A DNA stretch of 37,564 nt, taken from a virus (Duplodnaviria; Caudoviricetes). Location of the stretch: the IMG/VR virus record IMGVR_UViG_3300036783_000187, positions 1 to 37,564 of that record, one strand, 5' to 3'. Shown here in pieces: positions 25,701 to 33,471 of this stretch (within the stretch, counting starts at the first letter, position 1; each line of letters starts with the position of its first letter). A model generated the notes under the pieces. The model saw nothing but the letters and a program-made list of their open reading frames with translations. It had not been told where the DNA came from and did no database searches. A program made the translations under genes and the position numbers.

Positions 25701-25846
25701 TGGGCCGCTGTCATCGGCTGGTCGCTGTGCAGGTCGGAGGAACCCGGTGCGAACTTGGCGATCTCCCGCGGGTCGACGTCGCCGTAGATCGCCTCGGCGA
25801 TCCCCGCGAACACGGGATCGACGGCGGGCAGGGACCGAGGCGGCAT
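22709..25846 (-). CDS. Multidomain polyprotein containing an XkdF-type capsid maturation protease and a KTSC domain
   Basis: About 24531-24958: KRQVFGWAS, DLQGD, MH, IESF, GWWVG, GFSIHG (XkdF-type). About 24075-24270: VKSSAIHAMGY...LAVEM...YEY...APSKG.HY...IRG (KTSC). Several Gly/Ala hydrophobic helices. Confidence 0.85.
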   Translation of the reverse strand: MPPRSLPAVDPVFAGIAEAIYGDVDPREIAKFAPGSSDLHSDQPMTAAQAKRQKRVAETGLAATGVAGAAGLHAVTASIGEQKRRMAEAKGIELPAAKVGRVAGALKRMGVKPAVAAGVIGGGLLTLHGVELASDAMGAHAQLKQLNQANKQINKAFRLKPLNSLPMRVPSLRAKRPKLNFSPANPRTRSGLYQPMSKSIRSVYRGGRATLRNVYRTTEHARGTTEQVENATRSAAEASAKLGRLIPSPRTAALIGAGTVATLATAPAAGFYAGARAGVRSRDKKRPRAMPARVAKSDLADVTWTGEIAKVDADKRQVFGWASVSAVNGQEIVDLQGDIVPIEEMEKSAYRYVIDSRKGGDMHRRVAKFDEPLHTADMIESFVVTPEKLEKMGLPADSLPHGWWVGYHVNDDEQWNLVKSGARTGFSIHGKGTRAKVSKRNIPTGPGPAPGGIPVKTGKKVLVNSKGAKVAIARGLHMYGQGISTANRVLATHPTLPHTILQLVTKAADRPKIRVRAEQAIHPPAVKLHPVKSSAIHAMGYQPQTRRLAVEMRSRPGEPYEYKMGRGQAMDALNAPSKGYHYATAIRGKVKRAKGYSPADRARLFVDPVSKMSPLVIPLAAAGAGSAAVIGTNELRRQLANKQGAGIHPLGPYRHPMRTEYKHLKVISQKAGNRRLDSAHRLERKAAELTGPARVKVADQAKKMQGRGENLARSARQWGRAGETGYIRAVRAQRRANDRGTVRKDFGDKPPPRDGKLPGDNRKAEMARSRRTAGLSTAGLGYLVASRHSDVAPGMAQWITRSPKKIGEAEHATKIARRAARIGRLSTKGGAALVAGGLALAGEGAYSDLHNRGSFARTGNQAKKKFQSFGKAYDPEKNRHNRQAVYSGALSGGAVLAGGHAVKTGRKARAVDREAAATMEHANAAHLDLQNTLAAMRTASPEHRAVQTSLSDLAKPGATAPTKGQLHQLVAAHKKATENPAHITRATTAHNQAITHQLRSTELAGKAKGLRRISRGSALGTAALGAAALGVHTYDRHRGGRSYAY

Positions 25847-25868
25847 ACCCCAAGTCTGAAAAGGTGTT

Positions 25869-27581
25869 CTACACGCGGTCCGGCTTGAGGTAGATCTCCC
25901 GCAGCCCGATCTTGCCGGTCGGTGCGCCGTACCCGAATTCGTGAATCGCCGAGGTGTAGGTCGTGCTGTCCACGGTGTACCTGCCCCGCATGTCGCCCAT
26001 GTGGTCGTCCTCGTGCAGGCCGTACCCGAACGACATCACCGATGGGATCGGGGTGTCGTCCAGCGCGTCGGAACCGAGGGCATCCTCCAGCTCCTGGCGG
26101 AACAGATCACCCTCGTCACCGACCCAGGTCGGATCCATCCAGGTGATGTAGTCGGCGAAGGCGTCCAGGATGCCGGGTTCGGCATAGACGTCGACCTCGT
26201 TCTTCCTGCTGATCTTCGCCGCGCCGGTTTCCCTCATGTGCTGCTGGTCGGAGATGCGCTGCAGCAACACCTGCTTGTTGGTCGACGGGGGGTATCCGGC
26301 CCACTCGGAGATCGTCGACAGGTCCACCGGATCGAGCTGGACGGCGATCCGCATCGGATCGTCGTAGACCTCCCGCCAGATCGGAGTCGCCCTCCGCACC
26401 AGGTGGGACCATTCGTCACCACCGACGTCCTCGAAGCCCTGGGCGGCATCCCAGCCCGATCCGTGCTCGCTGAGCTGGATCGGATTCGTCCGGCCGTGGA
26501 TGTCGACGAGGTAGTCACTGATGGCGCTGAAGTTCACCGTCGCTCGCCGGTTCAGTTCGAAGTTCTTGTCCTGGAAGTAGTTCGCCACGTTCTGGTACGG
26601 CAGGAAGATGTTGCCGTTGCCCTCGACGGTCTCCGGTTTCAGCTTTGCCGGTTTCGCACTGGGCAGGTTCGCGCCCAGCAGGAAGATCTGGTGCGACCTC
26701 CCGACCGCTGCCGGTTTGGCGTAATGACTGTCCTTCGGCGCTCCATAGGGACTTTGCGCGTAATGGCTCTGCGCGTAGTGGCTCTCGCCGCCGTAATGGC
26801 TCTTGCCGCCGTAGTGGCTCTGCGCGTAGTGGCTCTTGTCGCCGTACGGACTCTGGTTCACGGCAGCGTAATGCGACGTTGAATCCGGAGCCTCCGGTGC
26901 TGCATCACCGAACAGCCGGTCCACGATGTCGCCACCCGAACCCGCCTCGGTCTTCACCTTCGGCGCACCACGGGCACCGGCGGTCCAGCGGCCGGTCTCG
27001 TCCCGGTTCTCCTGTGGGTCGTAGGCCTTGGACACCGGGATCGCCGGCAACGTGGACCAGGCTGCGGCCTCCCGGGTGCCGATCTTCTCGGCCTGGGCCA
27101 GCAGGGCCTTGGCGGCCATCTTCTTGTTGGCGGCCAGCAAGGGCGCGACCCCCTTGGCGTCGGGTGCGATCACCGTGCCGAGATAGCCGCGCATGGCCGC
27201 CTCGTCCAGGCCGTACCCGGCCACCGCCCGCTGCCAGGCGACGTCGGGATGCTGACCCCGGGAGGTCAGCACGTCCACCGCGTGCGCCAGCGCACTGGCG
27301 GCGTCGGCGTTCAGGTGCTCGCCGAGCTCACCGGTGTAACGGCGGGCCAGGTCCGCGTCGTCGACCGGCGACAGGGCCAGTAACCGGTGGGCCACCGGCT
27401 CGGCCATCGAGAGCCAGTCGGCGAGCTTGGCCCCGAAAGCCATCCGGGCCTGCCCGGCGATGTCCCCGAGGTGTGGTGTCTGCCCGGACAGGGCCCGTCC
27501 GACATGCTGCTGCATGGCCAGGATGGTGGCGGCCAGTTCGATCGCCACCTCCTTCGTGTCGGGGGCGGTGGCGACGGTCAT
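25869..27581 (-). CDS. Head-region protein: helical N-domain, VSKAYDP..RDETGRW motif, SHY(A/G) repeats and an acidic C-domain
   Basis: ATGA overlap at 27578-27581; 570 aa; C-terminal part paralogous to 8447-9502. Confidence 0.8.
   Translation of the reverse strand: MTVATAPDTKEVAIELAATILAMQQHVGRALSGQTPHLGDIAGQARMAFGAKLADWLSMAEPVAHRLLALSPVDDADLARRYTGELGEHLNADAASALAHAVDVLTSRGQHPDVAWQRAVAGYGLDEAAMRGYLGTVIAPDAKGVAPLLAANKKMAAKALLAQAEKIGTREAAAWSTLPAIPVSKAYDPQENRDETGRWTAGARGAPKVKTEAGSGGDIVDRLFGDAAPEAPDSTSHYAAVNQSPYGDKSHYAQSHYGGKSHYGGESHYAQSHYAQSPYGAPKDSHYAKPAAVGRSHQIFLLGANLPSAKPAKLKPETVEGNGNIFLPYQNVANYFQDKNFELNRRATVNFSAISDYLVDIHGRTNPIQLSEHGSGWDAAQGFEDVGGDEWSHLVRRATPIWREVYDDPMRIAVQLDPVDLSTISEWAGYPPSTNKQVLLQRISDQQHMRETGAAKISRKNEVDVYAEPGILDAFADYITWMDPTWVGDEGDLFRQELEDALGSDALDDTPIPSVMSFGYGLHEDDHMGDMRGRYTVDSTTYTSAIHEFGYGAPTGKIGLREIYLKPDRV
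26715..26877 (-). repeat. Coding repeat S-[HP]-Y-[AG] x9
   Basis: SHYA x5, SHYG x2, SPYG x2 in the translation. Confidence 0.9.
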
Positions 27582-30500
27582 GTGCTGCTGCCGCCCAGGC
27601 CGAGCATCGCCGTCTGCTCCGGGGTGAGGCCGAAGATCGAGATCTGGTTGGTCGGCGCCCCGGCCGCGGCCGCATCTCCTGCCGCCTTGGCCTTGTTCTG
27701 GGCCTTGAGCCAGTTGCGCCGCAACTGGGCGGCCTGCGCCAGTGCGGTGGCGTCCCGCTTGTCCTGGGCCAGCTGATCGGGGGCAGGTCGGCGGCCCGCG
27801 TTGATACTGCGCATGTTGGCACTGTCGGTGGCCAGTAACCGCTGGCGCAGCGGCTCGGTGTTCGATCGGAACGCCGGGTCGTCGATCGCCGGCAGTTCCC
27901 CGGCCTTGACCAGGCGCTGGATGTCGGAGTTGTCGTGGTAGGCACTCTCGACGTCCTCGACACTGGCCCGCTCCGGGTCGAAGGCGATTCCCGGGAAGTC
28001 GTGGTCCCGGTCGACCCCGCGCACCAGCTCGCCCAGGTCGGTGGGCAATGGAGTCGCCTTCTCGGCGGCGAGCCCCGTCTTGCCCCTGTTCTTGTATGTC
28101 CGTTCCTTGGACTCGTCCACCGCGAAGACCTTTTCCTTCCCGCTGGACATGCTCAGGATGTCGTCCATCAGGGCGTCCAGTTCGCTCGGCGGTTTCGCCT
28201 CGAGTTCGGCCTTGTCCTTGGCGCCGTAGAAGATCTTGAGCGCACCGTCCGGGAACTTGGGATCTGCAACGTCCTTGCGAATGTTGCGGAACGCGCTCCT
28301 GGTCCCGTCGAAGTTGGCCTCGGGGCCGAACGTTTCCTTGTCCCACAACTCATCCAGCATCGCCAGGCTGGCCGCCCGCTTGGATTCGGCCTCGTTGGCC
28401 TTCGAGCCGGTCGAGGAGTACCGGCCGCCGGTGCTGCCGGTCTCGTCCTTGTCGTCCTTGGCCTTGCTCTTGTCCTCGATGTCGTGCAGCTTGCCGCCGT
28501 GCACCCGGAAGTTCTGGTACCGGGTACTGGACGCCTCCACCTTGCCCTGGCCCACCCGGTCGTTGAAGTAACCGGCCTGCGCCGCCTGCGGCCGGTTGAA
28601 CCGGGGTGCCACGTACCCGGTGTCGGGGGCGGTCTCCCGGCTCCGCTCGGTCAGTGCCTCGACGCCCGCACCGCCGCGCCAGGCGGTGTAGTGGGTGTTG
28701 ATGTAGTACGGGAACTGCTCCTGCAGAGCGCTCAGTGCGGCGGCATAGCCGGCACCGTCCAGCCGGAGTGCCCGGGCCTTCTTCGCACTTTCGTCGTTCG
28801 CCGCTCGCATCGCCCGGTCGAACTGGTCGGTTCTGCCGAGCATCCCGGCGACGATGGCGACATGGCCCGCGTCCAGCTCCCGGGTGGGCCGGTCGCCGAA
28901 GATCTGCTGGCGCACCGCATTGCGGTACTCCTCCTCGGAGATCACCGGCCGGACTCCCATGGTGGCAGCCTGCTGCAGACTGGCCTGGTACTCCTTCTTG
29001 GCCCCCGCGTTGATGGCCTCGTTGACCAGGTCGGCCGGTGCCAACTCCCGGGCGTTGCCGGTCTTGCGGCGCATCGCCTCGTCACCGAGCCAGCGCACCG
29101 CCGCCGCGTTGGTCTCGGCGACCGAGAGCTGCGGGTTCTCCTGTTCGGTCGTCCGCAGTTCCCGCAGCCGGTTCTTGAACGCCGCCGACTTGGTGTCCGG
29201 CTCGAACCGGCGCGCCTGCTCGGCCAGCTCGTTCATCCGGCTCGGTGAGATACCGCCGCGGCTGACCTGCTCGGAGCGCACCGCGTCCAGCAGCTGGCCG
29301 TAGCGGGCGACCATCCGGGCCGCCTTATCGTTGAACCGCCGGCCGCCGCGCAGGTTCTTGTCGAAGTCGACGGTGAAGACCCCGCTGTGGCTGACCACGG
29401 TCAGCGACTTGGCCCCGCTGACCAGTCCGGTGTAGATGTCCTCGGTGCTGGGACCGCCGAAGGTCCGGGTCCGGATGTACTCGCCGCCCTTGAGCGACTT
29501 GAGGTGCCGCAGGTTGAACGGCAGGTACCAGTCGTCGGCGAACCCGACGCTCTGGTGGGTGATCTGCCCGTTGGCGCCGATGATGATGCCCTCGCTGGGC
29601 GGGATCACCCCGGACTTGCGCTGCAGCTCGTTCAGATCCGGGCTGGGCAGCTGGCGGTGGAAGTACCGCAGCACCGGCCCCGGATCCCACTCCCCATCTC
29701 TGGCGCCTTCGACACCGCCGACCGCCGCGTCCCGGACATCCTGGCTGGACCGGCCGGGCTGGCGCAGCTGGCCGAACGCCCGGGTCAGGGTCGGGTCGGG
29801 GGTGCGCTCGGTGCCCCGGTACCGGTAGGCCATCCGATCGGCCGTCGGGCCGAGCACCTTTTGTGCCTCGGGGCCGAGCTGGCCGATGTGGTTGGCCACC
29901 GCCAGCGCGTACTGCAGGTGCTCCGGCGCGGCCGGGCCCAGGCTCTCCTGCAGCAGTTTCCCGCCGTGCTCCAGCCGACTGAAGGCCCGGGCCGCCGAGG
30001 AGAAGTTCTCGTTCGGGGTGACCTTCTGCCGCTGCTGGTTGTACTCGCGCAACTTGCCGGGGTTGAGCACGCCCTCGTGCAGATAGGCGGCACCGGCACC
30101 CAGGCGCGGCGCACCGGCCGCGGCCAATGCGTCGAAGGTGGCGCCGGGAGCTCCGATGCTCGGCACCACCGACACCGCCGCCGAGGTGATCCGGTCGCGG
30201 GGCTTGAGCTTCTCCGCGATATTGGGCCGCGGGCCGCTGACCGGCACCTGGACCTCGCGCTCGTCACTGCCGTTGACGATCTTCAGGTGCAGCACCGCAC
30301 CCAGCTCGGGATTCTGGAAGTTACCGACCATGTCCATGATCTGGCCGTAGGCCTGCTGGTAATGGGCCACGTCATCGGGGTGGCCGCTGGTCGCCGGGAT
30401 GCCGAGCCGATTCAGGTGGTCCTTGTCGGTGATCGGGTCGGCGTTCGGGTCGGTCCGGATCTCCTTGTGCTCCTGGACGAACCGGCCGTGCTCCCGGTGC

Positions 30501-30979
30501 CGGGCCTGGACATACCGCTGCCGGTCGGCGGCACTGAAGGCGAACGCCTTGCCGATCTGCACCAGGCAGGCGATCTCGTGGGTGTTGTCCGCGCCGCGCC
30601 GGGCCTTGCTCACCGCGGTGCGGGTGTAGTACCGCTTGAGCGTCTCGGCCCGCTCGGCAGCCTGGTCGGTGGCCATCTTCGCCAGCTCGCCGCGGTGCGC
30701 CAGCAGGTCGTGGTAGACCGCGTCGGCGACCAGGATCCGGCCGAAGACCAGCGCGGCGTCCGGATCCATCGCGGTCATCGCCTTGTAGACGGTGTCGGCG
30801 GCGAGTTGGTCGAACGCCGGATCCGCGCTCTTGTGCACCCGGGCCGGGAGCCGGTGCAGCCTCTTCTTCGAGGTGGCGCCGGCGAACTCCCGGCCGACCT
30901 TGGACGGGATGCCCAAGGTCGAGTTGCCGTGGGCAGCCGCCTGCATGGCGCGGAACTGGGCCTGACTCTTGACGGGCAT
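27578..30979 (-). CDS. Large head-region (MuF-position) protein with a degenerate JAB/MPN-like domain
   Basis: 1133 aa; N-terminal MPVKSQAQFRAM...GIPSKVGREF...LPARV module; SEGIIIG..G...LKG..IRTRT..GPSTEDI at about 29363-29600. Confidence 0.75.
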   Translation of the reverse strand: MPVKSQAQFRAMQAAAHGNSTLGIPSKVGREFAGATSKKRLHRLPARVHKSADPAFDQLAADTVYKAMTAMDPDAALVFGRILVADAVYHDLLAHRGELAKMATDQAAERAETLKRYYTRTAVSKARRGADNTHEIACLVQIGKAFAFSAADRQRYVQARHREHGRFVQEHKEIRTDPNADPITDKDHLNRLGIPATSGHPDDVAHYQQAYGQIMDMVGNFQNPELGAVLHLKIVNGSDEREVQVPVSGPRPNIAEKLKPRDRITSAAVSVVPSIGAPGATFDALAAAGAPRLGAGAAYLHEGVLNPGKLREYNQQRQKVTPNENFSSAARAFSRLEHGGKLLQESLGPAAPEHLQYALAVANHIGQLGPEAQKVLGPTADRMAYRYRGTERTPDPTLTRAFGQLRQPGRSSQDVRDAAVGGVEGARDGEWDPGPVLRYFHRQLPSPDLNELQRKSGVIPPSEGIIIGANGQITHQSVGFADDWYLPFNLRHLKSLKGGEYIRTRTFGGPSTEDIYTGLVSGAKSLTVVSHSGVFTVDFDKNLRGGRRFNDKAARMVARYGQLLDAVRSEQVSRGGISPSRMNELAEQARRFEPDTKSAAFKNRLRELRTTEQENPQLSVAETNAAAVRWLGDEAMRRKTGNARELAPADLVNEAINAGAKKEYQASLQQAATMGVRPVISEEEYRNAVRQQIFGDRPTRELDAGHVAIVAGMLGRTDQFDRAMRAANDESAKKARALRLDGAGYAAALSALQEQFPYYINTHYTAWRGGAGVEALTERSRETAPDTGYVAPRFNRPQAAQAGYFNDRVGQGKVEASSTRYQNFRVHGGKLHDIEDKSKAKDDKDETGSTGGRYSSTGSKANEAESKRAASLAMLDELWDKETFGPEANFDGTRSAFRNIRKDVADPKFPDGALKIFYGAKDKAELEAKPPSELDALMDDILSMSSGKEKVFAVDESKERTYKNRGKTGLAAEKATPLPTDLGELVRGVDRDHDFPGIAFDPERASVEDVESAYHDNSDIQRLVKAGELPAIDDPAFRSNTEPLRQRLLATDSANMRSINAGRRPAPDQLAQDKRDATALAQAAQLRRNWLKAQNKAKAAGDAAAAGAPTNQISIFGLTPEQTAMLGLGGSST

Positions 30980-30981
30980 GC

Positions 30982-31845
30982 TTACCTCAGCTTCATTCCG
31001 CGTTCGACCAGGCGGGCGACCCGGTGGTAGGCCCCGTGCGCCGCCAGTTCCGCCTTGGGTACCCGGAACTCTTTCGGCAGTGTCTTGTTGTCTCGTTTCA
31101 CTTGTCGCAACACCTTCGGGGTTCCGATCGCACCACTCCTGCGATAGATACCGGCCCGGGACACCGTGTCGGCCCTGGACTCTTCGCCCATATTGCGTAC
31201 CGGCTTCAGGTCATGGACCGGTTTGCCCTTGAGCGAGGCGTGCGCTATCTCGTGATTGAGAATGCGGGGCCCGGTAATGCCTTTCGCCTGGGCGTCCTCA
31301 TGGATGTTCCAGTGTCCGGTTTCGTGCAGAACCGGTCCGATGGCCACATGCCCACGCCCGCCCGTCAGTGGATGTGCCCCCAGGGCACCGGCGACGACTT
31401 GGGGGTGCAGATCCGGAACATGGTGAATCACGATGGGATGCGGTGACTTGGCGGCCAGCTTGGGATCGATGCTCCGGTCCAGCGTGGCCTTCATTTCGGG
31501 GTTGACACTGGGGCCGTAATGGATGTTGGGGTGCACCGCCGACGGAGTGTGATGCGTCGGATCAATTTCGTGCTTCATTGCGGTAGTTATTTGTTTGGCA
31601 CCCGCATCCTCGCGCATTGCGTAGGCATGGTGGACATAGGCATGCCCGAGTGACCGGTTCGCCGCGCTGGCCCTTTCCGGCGGGTTATTGACATCCCGAG
31701 CCATCTGACGGTCGATGACAAGATTGCGGACTTTCTCTTTCTTCTTGTCGCCCAGCTTCCTCGCCCGCTTGAACTTGCCGGGTGCAACCTCCGACTTGGC
31801 GAAATGCACCACTCCGAACGCACTGAAGCCACCTCGAGTGCTCAT
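30982..31845 (-). CDS. Zincin-type metallopeptidase-like putative virion cargo protein
   Basis: SAFGVVHFAKS leader; LNHEIAH followed by GEESRAD; His-rich; lower GC than its flanks. Confidence 0.65.
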   Translation of the reverse strand: MSTRGGFSAFGVVHFAKSEVAPGKFKRARKLGDKKKEKVRNLVIDRQMARDVNNPPERASAANRSLGHAYVHHAYAMREDAGAKQITTAMKHEIDPTHHTPSAVHPNIHYGPSVNPEMKATLDRSIDPKLAAKSPHPIVIHHVPDLHPQVVAGALGAHPLTGGRGHVAIGPVLHETGHWNIHEDAQAKGITGPRILNHEIAHASLKGKPVHDLKPVRNMGEESRADTVSRAGIYRRSGAIGTPKVLRQVKRDNKTLPKEFRVPKAELAAHGAYHRVARLVERGMKLR

Positions 31846-33419
31846 CGGCTGCCTACTCCCCTGCCCTTGGCGGTGGTCTTCGGCTTGGCCGCGGGTGCCG
31901 CGAGCTCCTTCTTGGCAGTGGCCGCCTCGAGTTGCTGGGTCTGGTCGGTGCCGGCGATCTGCTGGTCGCCCTGCACCAGGCCCTGCTGGCCGGTCATCGC
32001 CTGCTGCTGCATCTGCAGCGATTCCATCTTCTGCTGGGCCAGCGCCATGATCGCCTGCTGGCGCATCTGCACGTCGTGAATCTCGATGATCTGCGGGTCG
32101 ACCTTGGGTAGCTGCGCGGCGTCGCGGATGAACTGTTCCAGCTCGCCGTCGGGGAACCAGGTCATCCCGGCACTGGCGGTGGCCTGGATGAACGCGGCCA
32201 GCTGGGCCAGGTCCGGCGGGTTCACGTTGTTGGGCACCAGCTTCGGCAGGTCGTCGGGCTGCATCCCGTTGAGCTTGAACAGCTGCGGGATGGCCTTGCG
32301 GTTGAACGGGTCGGCGAAGGCCTTGGCGATGCCGTTCACCCCGGTCTCGAAAATGCCGGACTTGTCGGTGTGCAGTGCGTAGCTGGATCCGGAGTTCTCG
32401 TGCCCGGTCATGATGAAGTCCGCCATCACCGACATCAGCATCCGGGTCTCGTACCGCTGGATGATCCCGCCGACGTCGAACTGGCGGCTGCCGCCGGAGG
32501 TGAGCAGCTTGAAGTCGTACTGCAGGTTCCGATCATCGTCGTAGACCAGCGGCCAGACCAGGCCCTCCTGCTCGTTGCGACGGACCGCGGTGACCGCCTT
32601 CTTCACCGCCTCCAGCATCTTGGCGTCGTCACTGTTCGGCCGGGGGTTCAGCACGTTCGGCGGCACGAAGGCCACCGGCAGGCCGGTCAGGTCGCGCTCG
32701 ACACCGACCGCCTCGATCTCCTCGAATCGTTTGGTCATGAACCAGGACCGGTAGGCAGTGCGCAGCAGGCTGCGGCCCTCGGGCGAGCCCTTGTTCAGGT
32801 CCGGCCGCAGCAGCAGGCAGCGGCGCATGCCCAGCACCCGCTTGGCGTAACTCGGCGCCGGCATCTGCACCATCGCCTCGACGTCGCCGTTCTCGGCGAA
32901 CACCCAGCGCAGCAGGGACTCCTGGCCGCGGATGGGCATCTTGCGCCAGCCCAGGCGGCCGTCGTTGTACTTGCTCTTATGCCGCGGGTCGGGGCTCCAC
33001 AGGCCCAGTCGGCGCTTGTAGACCATCTCGTGCACGGACCAGCCGTAGACCAGCATCGAGCAGGCCTCGGAGATGAAGTCGGCGAACGTCTCCTCCATGT
33101 CGTCGAGGCATTCCTCGAAGAAGTCCGCGTTCTGCTTGTCCGCCGGTTTGCTGGAAGCCGGTTCCACCCGCCACTCGATCTGCCGGAGCAACTGCTTCAC
33201 CGTGTAGATCCAGGCGCCCAGGATGGCCGAGTTGTCGCTCATCTCCCGGTAGACCTTGACCGCCTGCCGGCCCCGCAGCTGCGGCAGGAACTCGTCGGTG
33301 ATGTACCCGCCGGAGCGGGACAGGCCGGTCGCGCCGACCTCGAGCATCGGCGAGAGATTCTTGATCTCGTCGGTGATGTCGGCGTCGAGCTGGTCCAGGT
33401 TGTACCCAGGTCGCGTCAC
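31842..33419 (-). CDS. Portal protein
   Basis: EFLPQLRG...YREM.DN, YGWSVHEMVYK, PEGRSLLR.AYR.W, GVERDL.GLP; follows the terminase. Confidence 0.92.
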   Translation of the reverse strand: MTRPGYNLDQLDADITDEIKNLSPMLEVGATGLSRSGGYITDEFLPQLRGRQAVKVYREMSDNSAILGAWIYTVKQLLRQIEWRVEPASSKPADKQNADFFEECLDDMEETFADFISEACSMLVYGWSVHEMVYKRRLGLWSPDPRHKSKYNDGRLGWRKMPIRGQESLLRWVFAENGDVEAMVQMPAPSYAKRVLGMRRCLLLRPDLNKGSPEGRSLLRTAYRSWFMTKRFEEIEAVGVERDLTGLPVAFVPPNVLNPRPNSDDAKMLEAVKKAVTAVRRNEQEGLVWPLVYDDDRNLQYDFKLLTSGGSRQFDVGGIIQRYETRMLMSVMADFIMTGHENSGSSYALHTDKSGIFETGVNGIAKAFADPFNRKAIPQLFKLNGMQPDDLPKLVPNNVNPPDLAQLAAFIQATASAGMTWFPDGELEQFIRDAAQLPKVDPQIIEIHDVQMRQQAIMALAQQKMESLQMQQQAMTGQQGLVQGDQQIAGTDQTQQLEAATAKKELAAPAAKPKTTAKGRGVGSR

Positions 33420-33471
33420 AGGCGGTCACCCCTCATTACCTCAGTCTGGGCAGACCGGCCAGATGCGAGGA

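Noticed and set aside
27582-28346. 255-codon upstream extension of ORF 25869-28346 overlapping the 1133-aa gene
   Set aside because: Arg/Gly/Pro-rich off-frame composition; the ATGA coupling at 27578-27581 gives a natural start
31310-31330. Second HExxH (LHETGH) in the 30982-31845 gene as the active site
   Set aside because: HEIAH has the expected downstream EExxAD ligand; the other may be chance in a His-rich protein
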